Part shown: one piece after another, positions 35,077-45,312 of the stretch
Layout of the letters: each line of letters opens with the position of its first letter
How positions within the stretch are numbered: the first letter of the stretch is position 1
NCBI GenBank assembly: GCA_964352215.1
Contig: CAYGRE010000005.1
Location: 18,527 to 82,526, forward strand
Reading direction: 5' to 3'
DNA length: 64,000 bases
Source of the DNA: an uncultured Bacteroidia bacterium
GTDB taxonomy: Bacteria > Bacteroidota > Bacteroidia > J057 > JADKCL01
Notes under the pieces: generated by a model
Databases searched by the model: none
Told to the model about the DNA's origin: nothing
What the model saw: the letters and a program-made list of their open reading frames with translations, nothing else
Position numbers and translations under genes: made by a program

Positions 35077-35222
35077 GTAGGAAACATCAATTCTATTTTG
35101 CCGAGGAAGCAAAATTTGAAATCAAGGAAAGTTACAGATGGTATGAGGCAAGGACAATGAACCCAATTCCCGTTTTGTCCCACTCCCTTTTTTGCCCAAA
35201 ATCGCCGAAATTTCATCAATAG
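35073..35222 (+). pseudogene. Truncated ParE/RelE-type toxin remnant
   Basis: GTG start overlapping the antitoxin stop; VSRKHQFYFAEEAKFEIKESYRWYEARTM then unrelated NPIPVLSHSLFCPKSPKFHQ*. Confidence 0.65.
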
Positions 35223-35372
35223 GACTGAAAGTAAAATTTACCAACCCGTCACATTTGCCCAGCTTATTGACATGGGGCGTCAAAGGGTGGTTGTATCTTT
35301 AGTTTAATAAGGAAGAGGGATTGGGCCCCCGTCGCTCTTCCAGGAACTAATTAACCTTTAAACAATTTTCTT

Positions 35373-36521
35373 ATGGACTTTTTATCACCAAAGTGTTGCG
35401 ACCTATCTGAGCAAGTAAACGAAGAACTCAAGGATATCTGCGAGTCTTATGTTTACTCAAATGACACTGAATGTATCATCTATATTGTTGATAGCTTCAG
35501 CCGATTGTATACCGTGGATCAGGTAACTGCGGTTGCTACCTTGATTGGCCCTGTTGGTTTCTCAAGTGTCACCGATATTGCCTGGGATGGTACAACTTTG
35601 TACGGAATTACTGGCGGTCAATTGATCTCGATCAACACCACTACGGGTGCAGGTACCCTGATTGGTAATTACAGTGCTCCTTCCAATGCATTGGATGCCG
35701 ATGCTGCTGGAGTATTGTATATGATGGGTGGTAACAACCTTTACACCTTGGATAAGGTGACTGCGGTTGCAACCCTGATCGGGCCCATGGGCGGAGGATT
35801 GAATTCTTCAGGTGACCTGGCTTTTGATGCCAGCGGAAACTTGTATGGATCATTCTCTGGTGGAATCCTGGGACGGATTAACCCCGTAACTGCAGCCGCT
35901 GCTGCGATTGGCCCATTTGGTTTCAACCCTGTTTATGGACTGGATTTCTGTAATGGTGTCCTTTATGGCATTACTTCAGGTGGTCAATTGTTGACTGTCA
36001 ACACCGCGACCGGTGCAGGAACTCTCGTCGGAAATACTGGTGTGGCTTCCGTTTTTGGAATGACCAGCGCCGAAATCAAGACTGAAGTTCCTTGTGATTC
36101 AGCTGAGTTGCCAAATGTTGAACCTGTATTTACTGTTAAGTATGGTGACGAAGTTGGTGATCTGATTGAAAAAACTGATGTTCAGTGCATTTGCATTACC
36201 GCTTGTAATCCTTATAAAAATCTCTGGTTCCGTCATGTAACCGTGATGATCACCGATATTCTTGATCCTGATGGCAATCCCGTCGAACCCAAGAATTTCC
36301 TGTTCAAGCCGACCCGCTTGGTTTGCTTTGGTGATCTGGCTCCATGTGCTTCTGAGACTGCAGCAGGCTGTGGTTGCGGAACATCTTCCTGCGCCAGCCG
36401 TGAATTCGTTCTGGTGACCCGCGATGCAGAACCAGGAAATTATACCATTAAATTCCAATACTGCTTCGATGTGGAATTTGGTTCCAGTGCAACGTATACT
36501 TTCGAATTGGAAGTCGTGTAA
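35373..36521 (+). CDS. Cys-rich beta-propeller-like protein without obvious signal peptide
   Basis: Repeats LYTVDQVTAVATLIGPVGFSSVTDIAWDGTTLYGITGG / LYTLDKVTAVATLIGPMGGG..DLAFDASGNLYGSFSGG; C-terminal CGCGTSSCASREFVLVTRDAEPGNYTIKF. Confidence 0.75.
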   Translation: MDFLSPKCCDLSEQVNEELKDICESYVYSNDTECIIYIVDSFSRLYTVDQVTAVATLIGPVGFSSVTDIAWDGTTLYGITGGQLISINTTTGAGTLIGNYSAPSNALDADAAGVLYMMGGNNLYTLDKVTAVATLIGPMGGGLNSSGDLAFDASGNLYGSFSGGILGRINPVTAAAAAIGPFGFNPVYGLDFCNGVLYGITSGGQLLTVNTATGAGTLVGNTGVASVFGMTSAEIKTEVPCDSAELPNVEPVFTVKYGDEVGDLIEKTDVQCICITACNPYKNLWFRHVTVMITDILDPDGNPVEPKNFLFKPTRLVCFGDLAPCASETAAGCGCGTSSCASREFVLVTRDAEPGNYTIKFQYCFDVEFGSSATYTFELEVV

Positions 36522-36596
36522 TCGCTGCCAATATTTCAAAAAAGGAGCTGCCGGAATTTGAGGCTGTGTAAAAACGTCTTGAAAGTCGGTCTAAGC

Positions 36597-36646
36597 AACC
36601 CGCTGTTTTTCGGTAATTTAATTACTGTAAAGACAGCGGGTTTTGC
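36597..36646 (+). terminator. Rho-independent-like terminator downstream of 35373..36521
   Basis: aacccgctgt ... acagcgggtttt stem with inner ggtaat/attact pairing and T-tract. Confidence 0.65.
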
Positions 36647-36932
36647 ATTTTGTCAAAAGTGAGAATCGTCACCAGGCCCCCTTGGTCACCAGCTTAAATG
36701 ACTTCGTTATAGCCGAAAGTGGTGGGCCGATTTTACCTCCTAAAGGACGATTTGCCTCGGCTGAGGGCACCCGGACCCTCGGAACCGGACTCTTGTTTCA
36801 GACCCCTTGATGGTGTTTGTTGAGGATTTGAAGCTGTTTTCAAAAATTCGAATTTGATCTAGAATGACCAATGGTTGGAGTTCAAATACCTAACACGTGG
36901 CAGAAGAAATTCATATGATACATTCTTGGATA

Positions 36933-37526
36933 TCAGCCCCAACACCTCACCTTTAACAAGGCTGAATGTGCAATTCCATGCCCAGGGTCTGAGGGCGTAG
37001 TATCTTCCAACCAAATTTCAGTTTTATCTTCAGCAATCACATCAAACAATCCCTTCAGTCTCCGAGTAAGTTCTTCGGTAAGTTGTTCAAACCGCAGAGA
37101 GGTATTTTCTGCCTCATCAGAACTATCGAAAGCGACCTGCCCCCTGAAAAGCTGGTGATCTCCAAAGATTACCAGAACACGCTGACAGAAGTCATTTAGG
37201 AGTCTATTTTTGTCCATTTCCCCTTTTTGCCACCTGGGGAACAGCAAACCGACTTCATGTCGCAGGCGTTCACGGACCAACTGATCATTCAAACCCCGTT
37301 CTTCGATTTCCAAAGTTTCCAATACACTTTCGAAAATGAAATCGACATCCCTCTCCCGGTTCTGTATGACTTTGCCTTTCACAGACTTCAAGGCAAGTTG
37401 AAGGGGAAGGGAAACCTCTACTTCCCACTTTTCAGTATCTCCTTCATATTCCATCTTAATGAAGTCCTTTCTGCTGATTCGGATTTCTTCCAGTAAGGAT
37501 TCGATACATTCCCAAAGTCTGGTCAT
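36933..37526 (-). CDS. Hypothetical protein, 4-bp overlap with upstream metalloprotease gene
   Basis: 197-aa ORF; start overlaps the stop of 37523..39682. Confidence 0.65.
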   Translation of the reverse strand: MTRLWECIESLLEEIRISRKDFIKMEYEGDTEKWEVEVSLPLQLALKSVKGKVIQNRERDVDFIFESVLETLEIEERGLNDQLVRERLRHEVGLLFPRWQKGEMDKNRLLNDFCQRVLVIFGDHQLFRGQVAFDSSDEAENTSLRFEQLTEELTRRLKGLFDVIAEDKTEIWLEDTTPSDPGHGIAHSALLKVRCWG

Positions 37527-39682
37527 TGGGTTGGCGAATTTGAGGTCTTGAGGATAAAGGTATGTGCCCCTGTGATACCTTTGTTATCCCATTGCTCAAT
37601 ATGGACTGGATAAGAGGCATTCACTGCTTTCCTGGTAGGACACACGGTAAAGTGAAACAACCTTATCCGATTGAAAACTTTCGGGAGCCGCCGACCGGGT
37701 ATCGGTATTATAATTTCCTGGAGGGAAGAATTGGGGTTCGAATTCACGACCTCTTTATTTATGGGGTTGAATGTACTATCCGCATGGAATGAATAATTTA
37801 ATCTTCCACCCGCGTCCAGAAATGTCTGCTGTGTTTCAGGAGAAGGTGAAAACCAAATTCGGATTGAATCGCGGATTAGCTTCTTGTACGGTATAGAATT
37901 AACCATACTACATGGATCTACGCGAACAAATTCATTGCTGCTAGTTCCAGTTGATGGTTTGCTTAAAATCATTTTATTGGAAGCACGCCCTGCAACTTTA
38001 TTTTTATTTACAACGAATTCTACGGCCCATTTGTCGTCTGGAAGGGCATCAGGGGTCTTGTTTTTATGGAATTGCGCGATAAACCGACACTGTTCGGAGC
38101 CTAGGGTTCCGGCAGGAATTTTGAGTTCAATGATCTGGATGGATTCTTGGGGAATGTTGATATCGTGAACCGTTCCAATGGCAGTAAAATCTGCCATCCT
38201 GCTTGAAATTGCATTGCAGTTCTGGTATGCGGTCAGCGAACCACTAACAATCCGGCTGCTACCATTGCGAACAATCACATACAAATAATTGTCGGTGCCA
38301 GGTATCGGATTTTGAGAATCATACAAGTGGATTCGAAGAGAATCTGGTTCGTTTCGCAAATAGATCTGAGGAGAAAAAAGAGGCACAGAAGCATCTGGAG
38401 TATTATTACTTGGTTCAATTCCATTGTCTTGGAAATAGTCCTGGATCAGGGCTTCTCTTACCATCATTAGGCAACGATTGGTGGACACCAGGCGTGCGCC
38501 AGCTATGATTTCGTCAAGAAATGAATTACTGCAATTCCCTCCATCAAAAACATATTGGGGTACACGTTTGATTCTTTTAACATTTCCCATGATGGTTTGA
38601 CGCGTTTCACCGTTGATGATTTTCAGGCAGGTAGAGTCTGCATGGTAATCACCGATGATGAGGTGCCCAATCTCATGTGCGAATAGATACTTTTTCGTGG
38701 GGGTTTGTGTTCGCAATACCGCGACAGCTTTTGACTCGCTGGCATAACCGTTATAGGTTGTATCTGCATTTTTTACAAAGACCATATACAGATCTGCATT
38801 GAAGCGCTCCCTTTCGGCTGCGAGGTTTTTATCTGTTATGATGAAGCTGTCAAGTTTGGACTTTAGATCAAGTGATTTCGATTCCAAACCGGCAGGATAA
38901 CCTTCGTATTCGCCAATATGATTCAGGTTAAGTCTTACCGGAATTCCATTCTTTGCGAAACTTTCATTTGCTTTTTCAATGGACATCAGGATATTGGCTT
39001 CGATTCCCAATATACCTCCACTTGCATTACGGGCAGAATCGGTATAGACCACCATCAAGTCGATTACCGTATTTCCGTAAGCGTTATCACAATTTAAGTT
39101 GCTTCGTGGCTTTCCGGTGTTACCTACATGTGGAAGATTGTCATAGGTCACCAATTCTTCAGAGTCTACTTTCCCAAGTATGTAGCTCCCTACAATACAT
39201 TTGCGCAACTCATAGTCGTTTCCACCATAAGAAAGATCACCTTCCAAAAATCCATCTGCGGAAAGAGAATCTCCTCCTCTGTAAATCAAGGTTGCCGTAC
39301 CATTCAGGCTATCGGCTGAGCTGAATTGCCATGTTTCATCAAAGATGTCACCTTTGCGGCTCTCCAAAACGAACAAGGCTGAGTCCCGGTCCAGAACAGC
39401 CAATACCGTATCTTGAGGTTCTATGGTATCCAACCTCGCAAGATCAAGTGTTACTATTTTCGTGGATTCATAGTAACTCATGGTCATGGCCTTACATGAG
39501 TCGGGAACCGCATCCGGACTGTGGATAAGCGGAGGGCCATAGCTGGCCTTCGGTTTGCCTTTCTTAAGGTTGCAAGGAGCACCACAATCCTGGTCTTTAC
39601 ATGAAGCCAGAATAAGAATGCAGGAGAGCAATGACAACACAAAACTCTGCATGGAGGTAGGTATGGTGAATGGGGTTTTCAT
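37523..39682 (-). CDS. Lipoprotein zinc metalloprotease (reprolysin-like, HEIGHxxxxxxH)
   Basis: Lipobox-like LILASCKD; YLFAHEIGHLIIGDYH; upstream NTVIDLMVVYTDSARNASGG. Confidence 0.75.
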   Translation of the reverse strand: MKTPFTIPTSMQSFVLSLLSCILILASCKDQDCGAPCNLKKGKPKASYGPPLIHSPDAVPDSCKAMTMSYYESTKIVTLDLARLDTIEPQDTVLAVLDRDSALFVLESRKGDIFDETWQFSSADSLNGTATLIYRGGDSLSADGFLEGDLSYGGNDYELRKCIVGSYILGKVDSEELVTYDNLPHVGNTGKPRSNLNCDNAYGNTVIDLMVVYTDSARNASGGILGIEANILMSIEKANESFAKNGIPVRLNLNHIGEYEGYPAGLESKSLDLKSKLDSFIITDKNLAAERERFNADLYMVFVKNADTTYNGYASESKAVAVLRTQTPTKKYLFAHEIGHLIIGDYHADSTCLKIINGETRQTIMGNVKRIKRVPQYVFDGGNCSNSFLDEIIAGARLVSTNRCLMMVREALIQDYFQDNGIEPSNNTPDASVPLFSPQIYLRNEPDSLRIHLYDSQNPIPGTDNYLYVIVRNGSSRIVSGSLTAYQNCNAISSRMADFTAIGTVHDINIPQESIQIIELKIPAGTLGSEQCRFIAQFHKNKTPDALPDDKWAVEFVVNKNKVAGRASNKMILSKPSTGTSSNEFVRVDPCSMVNSIPYKKLIRDSIRIWFSPSPETQQTFLDAGGRLNYSFHADSTFNPINKEVVNSNPNSSLQEIIIPIPGRRLPKVFNRIRLFHFTVCPTRKAVNASYPVHIEQWDNKGITGAHTFILKTSNSPTQ

Positions 39683-39840
39683 GTTTTATAGTTATTTAAC
39701 TGATGTCGAGCCTGGTGACTTTAACCAATGGGCATGTATGACATTTGGTATTCTTGAATACATTGGTGGCCAACCGATATGAGAAATAATTCATACTTTG
39801 TGTAATCAATTGACCTTTTGACGTTGGGAAAGAACATTTT

Positions 39841-41331
39841 ATGGACACTGAATCCTCCAAATCACTCTGGAAGCGTAAGCCGTTTCGAATTCTTCGACTC
39901 ATGGAGTCAAAGGAAATTGATCTCTTTGAAGTCTTCCTGTCAGCATCTCTTTTCAAGTCCGGAAGCGACAATCAATTGCAGGTGTTTTTCGGGCACTGCC
40001 GAAAAATGGGAATCTGGAACACTGAGATAGGTCGCGATGAATTTTTGGAGAAAAGGGGACTGAAGATGAGCAACAATACTTTTGACAAGCTGATCTCCCG
40101 CCTTTACAATCGTTTGATTGATTATGCAGGTATTCATGGACTTTTGAAACAGCCGGCTGAATTGTATCCCTATGCCCTGAAATACTTCAAGGAGAGGGCC
40201 ATCAGCCCGGAAGAAATTGAAAAGAAAATGTCCGAGTGCCGGCGCATGTTGAAAAATCAATTCCCCAATGCAGACCATTATCGGATTTCGCTCGACTTGC
40301 GGCTTGAACTTGCAACGGCTTCGCAAGCTCGTGCCGAAAAACCAAGCGACCGGGGGTTGGATATGCTTCATTTGGATTTGGATGACTATTATATCACCCA
40401 GAAACTCCGTTTTCTTTGTGCATCCAGCAATGAACAATTGGTTTATGGCCATCGATGGGAGCCACCAGCAAAAAACGAATTGTTGCAATGGATGAAGTCC
40501 TCCTTTGACACCATGCCGAACCTGGCCAAAGCATATTTCCATGCCTATATGATTTTGAATAGTGAAAATGAAACTTTTCACTTTCACAAGTTCCGAGATT
40601 TGCTCACCACCTGGGGGACGGACTATGTGGAAGAAGTAGAAATCACCGATTTGTACGGCTATCTGCTCAACTACTTCACCATTCGACTCAACAACGGTGA
40701 CCTTTCGACCCTCACAAAGATCAATGAGCTTTTTACCGATCTCCTGGGTTGGGGAACATTGCTTGAAAATGGTAGAATTTCTCCTGATTACTTTCACAAC
40801 GTGATTGCAATCAAATGTCGTTTGGGGAAAGTGGACGAAGCCAGAGCCTTTATGGCAGATTTCGCTTCCAGACTCACACGTACCCAGGACAACACCGCTA
40901 TTGGCTACAATGAAATCTTCATTGCATTCTACGAAGGCAGGTACAATGAGGTCAGGAAAAAGGCGGAAGCGATGATGGAATTGTCTGATACCAACAAAGC
41001 CGACCAATACTATGGATTGAATTTGAGATGCTTGCTGCTCAAAACCTATTTTTCTTCTCTTGGAGAGCTGGATCTTGCCGCATGGGACGAAGCGGAAGAG
41101 AAGTTTCAAGGATTGTTGCGGTCGTTTCGTGGCTACATCGAGCGAAAAGACATTTCCCGGATGTCTAAGGTTCGGTTTGAAAATTTTCGGAAAGCTGTTC
41201 ACCGCCTGTATCATGTTCACTATGCCTTGCCAGAAACTGAAGATTTTTCTGCAGTGAAGAAGGAGCTGCTGCAGGATTTCAACAGCAGCTCCAATCTTCC
41301 GGATAAGGGTTGGTTCATAGCTCAGGTTTGA
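39841..41331 (+). CDS. Large alpha-helical/TPR-like protein of unknown function
   Basis: 496-aa ORF with helical-repeat character, e.g. LGKVDEARAFMADFASRL..GYNEIFIAFYEGRYNEVRKKAEAMMEL. Confidence 0.75.
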   Translation: MDTESSKSLWKRKPFRILRLMESKEIDLFEVFLSASLFKSGSDNQLQVFFGHCRKMGIWNTEIGRDEFLEKRGLKMSNNTFDKLISRLYNRLIDYAGIHGLLKQPAELYPYALKYFKERAISPEEIEKKMSECRRMLKNQFPNADHYRISLDLRLELATASQARAEKPSDRGLDMLHLDLDDYYITQKLRFLCASSNEQLVYGHRWEPPAKNELLQWMKSSFDTMPNLAKAYFHAYMILNSENETFHFHKFRDLLTTWGTDYVEEVEITDLYGYLLNYFTIRLNNGDLSTLTKINELFTDLLGWGTLLENGRISPDYFHNVIAIKCRLGKVDEARAFMADFASRLTRTQDNTAIGYNEIFIAFYEGRYNEVRKKAEAMMELSDTNKADQYYGLNLRCLLLKTYFSSLGELDLAAWDEAEEKFQGLLRSFRGYIERKDISRMSKVRFENFRKAVHRLYHVHYALPETEDFSAVKKELLQDFNSSSNLPDKGWFIAQV

Positions 41332-41348
41332 ACTGAAGAAATTTCGGT

Positions 41349-42002
41349 TCAATTTCCACCTCCTTCAACCGCTACGACTACACAAAGCCCGCCGCCGACA
41401 CAAGAGATGCCATCCATGTTCCCGTTGGGGTTTTTTACGGTAAAGGTCATTCCAGCCTCCCACTCCCGGCTAAAACCGTAGCTCGTCAGGGAAATTTTGC
41501 CATCGGTAATCGTCAAGTCTTGGTTGGTAAAATTTCTTTGGGAGGATCCAGATAGTGAAACCGTCAGGATATCACCATCCGACACCGGGCCATCAACAAT
41601 GAGGTAGTCTACCGAGCAACTGCACCTGCAGCATTTGGAAAACGATTCCAGGTTGTACAGGCAATCCTCTTCCAGATTGACCTCGTATACTTTTGTGTCA
41701 TTTGTCATGGGAGAAATTTCCTCAAAAAGAAATGAGACCTCATTAGATCCCGGAAAAACGTCCTGACATTGAGATGGTCCTTCTGGTATTTTTTTACTTG
41801 AGTCAGCCGTTTTGGTCAGTTCAGAAATAGTCGAATCCAGAAAAACTATACGCTCAGAAAGTGAATCTACTCTCGCTTGCAGAAGCTTCTTATCATCTTC
41901 CTGATGGCTGCTTTCGCAACCTGTGAAGAGAATAAGAAAGGTAATAGGGGCTATCGCGATGAAGCCTCTTGATACAAATTTGATAACATGTTTCGGGTTC
42001 AT
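41349..42002 (-). CDS. Hypothetical lipoprotein
   Basis: MNPKHVIKFVSRGFIAIAPITFLILFTGCESS lipobox; short coiled-coil then beta-rich Cys-containing domain. Confidence 0.7.
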   Translation of the reverse strand: MNPKHVIKFVSRGFIAIAPITFLILFTGCESSHQEDDKKLLQARVDSLSERIVFLDSTISELTKTADSSKKIPEGPSQCQDVFPGSNEVSFLFEEISPMTNDTKVYEVNLEEDCLYNLESFSKCCRCSCSVDYLIVDGPVSDGDILTVSLSGSSQRNFTNQDLTITDGKISLTSYGFSREWEAGMTFTVKNPNGNMDGISCVGGGLCVVVAVEGGGN

Positions 42003-42486
42003 AATGGTAATGGATTATTGGTCAATGTGTTTTTGAAACAGCGGCAAATTAGTTCGGGTCTGTTGTGGTTGAAAACACAGGTTTGGTATTTTCTTCCTTA
42101 CCGCAAACAGATAACAATTCTCTTTTTTGTCGATCCAGGCCATTAAGGGGCCCTTTCTAGAGCAAAAACTTATTCAGGAGGGTTCCGGCAATTGATCTTT
42201 TTGTAATGAATTCTATTTTTTCCTGGCTATCTGAAGGGAAGAAAACCAGAAACATGTGATTGTGGATTAAGCAAGGCCTGCGTGGAATTTGACGGTCTTT
42301 TGTTTCCGCCAGCATATTGTGGGACTGCACCCTGGAGGAAGATTATCGAAATCATGTGAATGGCCGCATCACCTCGAGCTGCCATATTGCAACCGTTCCA
42401 GCCGCTCAAATTCGAATCGGGCAAAGGAACTACCAGACAACCCTTAATACAATCCTCTTTCATTTAACCCAGTACTTCAAACAATT

Positions 42487-45312
42487 ATGTCAGAACTATT
42501 TAAAATGTCGCTCGTCCGGCCTGCTTATGGTCAATCTATTGTAGAGGCGAGAAAAAAAGCCTTCTTCACTCACTCGAAGGAATACCAGTCGGAGCGTTAC
42601 CTAGGCTGGCTGCGTCAAGCCAAAGCGGAAAACTTTCTTGAATTGGAATCATCGATGAGAAGCTTCCTTGAAAGCGGTGAAGCATTGCGGAGTCTCGATC
42701 AGATTCCTGAAATCTTACGCAAGCCGATTGAGTTTGCGCAAGAACACGGTTACGCATTTTCGGTTGCAGAATTTGCCCGTACCATCATATCGGAACCCAA
42801 GGCAAAGGAATTGGAACCCATTCGGCGAAAGACTCTGCTTCTCTTGCAAGACCAATTGTTGGCTGAAACCCAGGTCGTAGATGCCCAACCCGGTAAAGTG
42901 GATTTGCAAAAAGCAATCCTGACCTTGGAGTTGGTTCGCATGGTCGGAGAATATGGCCCTGAAAAGCTGAAAATGCCCGTGAAAGCCCTTTATGAAAAGC
43001 CGGTTGTTATTGACTTTCCGACAACCCTGCTTGAACACTGCGCTCGATTGCGGAATATAGAACCCTCCAGCACTGGTGACCCGAATAGCAATGGCGAGAC
43101 TAGAGATGATCCGAAGAAGGATTGTTTGTGTCACGAAAAAGAAGGCAAGGATCCATGTGACTGTAAATGTGATGAAAATTGTTATGAGCAAGATCCTTGT
43201 TGCGCTCGGATCATACCGTATGTGGCGGAGCTGTATGTGGTCAAAGACGAACTCAAGTGCTATGTCCCTGCGGAAATTTCCTACATCGAAAATGTAATCC
43301 ATGGAGAAACCCGGGAGAGAACGCACCGGAGACTTTCCAGGGAAGAGACTTATTTTGAGCGGGAAGAAGAAAAAAATACGGTTGAACAAAGGGACCATGA
43401 ATTCGAGGAGCGGTTTGCCTTGAAGCGTGAGGTGGAAACAGTGCTTCAAACGGAGCTTGGAATGCAAACAGGTGCCACATTTACCTATGGCGGCGACACC
43501 GCTCCCATGAAGTTTACCGCACATACAAATTTCAGTTTTGACCTTGACCGCAAGAACACCCGAAAGATGGTTCAGGATGAATCCAAAACCGTAATTTCCA
43601 AAGCCCTTTCCCGAGTCGAAACGAAGGTGCGGACCCTGACCAGCCGACGGGTGATAAATGAAATTGAGGAAACCAATCACCATGTACTTAAAGGATTAAC
43701 CGGTGACATGTCTCGTCAATTCTTGAATGTCAATCAACTCTGCAAGGCACAGGTATTTAGCTATGGTTCGCGGATGATGCTGGACCTGTACCTGCCCGGA
43801 CCTTCCGAGTTGTTCAAGCGGATGCTTGAGAAAGAGTTTGGCGGAGAAAAGCCAGAGAAGCCCTGTATCAACATCGAAGACATTCAGCCAAGGGATTATG
43901 ACAAGTATGTCCAGTGCTATGGATTTACGGACCTCGAACCTCCTGTCATGCCGCTTCCCCCCAAAACAATGACTTTAGAGATCAAGAGGGAAAAGCCCAA
44001 AAAAGGCGGTAGCAACTGGGGTGAAACATACCCAATTACCATTCCGGCAGGTTACTATGTCTCAGAAATGAAACTTGACAATTCGGTGATTAATGCCAGT
44101 GGTATCGTCTTAAATAAAAGTAATCATTATGTCAGTTTTAACTTTGGCGGGCGAACCTTGGTCGATACGATGGACAATACTTCTCCGCCAGATGATTTCG
44201 GTCCAAAGACAGGCATGAATGTTTCTGGGGCGGGTAACGCGACTATTTCTACGAAGTGGCTCAAAAGGTTTGATATTCGGATTCAGCTGAAGCTCACCCC
44301 CCTTCCAGTTGACAATTCCGGATGGCAGCGAGAGGTCTGGCGCCGCATTTATGAAAAATATGAGCTGGAGTTGGCGGCCTATGAAAAGGCATTGAGTGAG
44401 CATGAAGACGACAAGCGGAGAAAGTACAATCAAAATCCGGGGATTCTTTCGGAATTGATGAAGGAACAGCTCAAGCATGCTGCAATCTCCTATATATCAT
44501 GCCAGTTTTTCGATAACAACAATGCGCTGGTCAATCGGGTGGAACCTTGCGGATATCCTCAGATGGACCTGCGTGAGACAAAACGGGAAGGGCAGTTTAT
44601 GCGATTCTTTGAGCAGGCGTTCGAGTGGAATTTCATGAGTTACATGCTCTATCCCTACTATTGGGACCGCAAATACACCTGGGAGGACAAACTCGGGGAA
44701 CAGTCAGAAAACAACCTCTTCACAAAGTTTCTTCAATCGGGCGGGGCACGTATAACCATTCCGGTAAGGCTGCTGTTTGAAGGGTTCGTAAACTTTTTCC
44801 TGCAAACACGGCGGATCTGGGGCCCCACCGGTACGCCCCCATCCTTTAGTGATCCTGCATTCCTTGCCATTGAACAGGAGATCAGGGAAAGCATGAATAA
44901 TTTCAATGCCGACCGCGATGGGGAGGTGATTTGTGACACCAGCTTAGGCCTGGCAGCAAACCAGATCGTTTTGCGGAACAGTTCCGAATACCTTGATTTT
45001 ACCAACCCTGCATTTCCTGTTTACGACCAGGCACTGGCAGACCTGGACCATGACCGGGAGATTTTCGTCAATTGTAAGCGGTACCGGATCATGTCCATTC
45101 ACAAAGACATATCCACTGGCGAAATCATCCTGACGCTCGATCGGGACTTTGATGAGACAAAGGACTTCCCTTGGGATTGGTCTACCGGAGCACTATTTAT
45201 CGGAGCAGCTTGGGAGTTCCTCAAGCCGACCTCTTTGATCTGGTTGAGAGAAGAATCTCGCTGCCTCCCCTGTTATCCCATTGCTTGTACTGAAAATGCT
45301 GTAGTATTATGA
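42487..45312 (+). CDS. 941-aa protein resembling large phage-tail/contractile-injection-associated proteins, with Cys-rich insert
   Basis: ENVIHGETRERTHRRLSREETYFEREEEKNTVEQRDHEFEERFALKREVE..., TRRVINEIEETNHHVL...CKAQVFSYGSRMMLDLYLPGP; Cys cluster CLCHEKEGKDPCDCKCDENCYEQDPCC. Confidence 0.7.
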   Translation: MSELFKMSLVRPAYGQSIVEARKKAFFTHSKEYQSERYLGWLRQAKAENFLELESSMRSFLESGEALRSLDQIPEILRKPIEFAQEHGYAFSVAEFARTIISEPKAKELEPIRRKTLLLLQDQLLAETQVVDAQPGKVDLQKAILTLELVRMVGEYGPEKLKMPVKALYEKPVVIDFPTTLLEHCARLRNIEPSSTGDPNSNGETRDDPKKDCLCHEKEGKDPCDCKCDENCYEQDPCCARIIPYVAELYVVKDELKCYVPAEISYIENVIHGETRERTHRRLSREETYFEREEEKNTVEQRDHEFEERFALKREVETVLQTELGMQTGATFTYGGDTAPMKFTAHTNFSFDLDRKNTRKMVQDESKTVISKALSRVETKVRTLTSRRVINEIEETNHHVLKGLTGDMSRQFLNVNQLCKAQVFSYGSRMMLDLYLPGPSELFKRMLEKEFGGEKPEKPCINIEDIQPRDYDKYVQCYGFTDLEPPVMPLPPKTMTLEIKREKPKKGGSNWGETYPITIPAGYYVSEMKLDNSVINASGIVLNKSNHYVSFNFGGRTLVDTMDNTSPPDDFGPKTGMNVSGAGNATISTKWLKRFDIRIQLKLTPLPVDNSGWQREVWRRIYEKYELELAAYEKALSEHEDDKRRKYNQNPGILSELMKEQLKHAAISYISCQFFDNNNALVNRVEPCGYPQMDLRETKREGQFMRFFEQAFEWNFMSYMLYPYYWDRKYTWEDKLGEQSENNLFTKFLQSGGARITIPVRLLFEGFVNFFLQTRRIWGPTGTPPSFSDPAFLAIEQEIRESMNNFNADRDGEVICDTSLGLAANQIVLRNSSEYLDFTNPAFPVYDQALADLDHDREIFVNCKRYRIMSIHKDISTGEIILTLDRDFDETKDFPWDWSTGALFIGAAWEFLKPTSLIWLREESRCLPCYPIACTENAVVL

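Noticed and set aside
35267-35301. Bacteroidota-type promoter TTG...TATCTTTA upstream of 35373
   Set aside because: The -7-like element is good but the spacing (24 nt) is longer than expected; not strong enough to call.
39940-41352. 470-aa minus-strand ORF
   Set aside because: Antisense mirror of the 39841..41331 helical protein; the plus frame has more natural composition.
42715-43683. 322-aa minus-strand ORF
   Set aside because: Antisense to the 941-aa gene.
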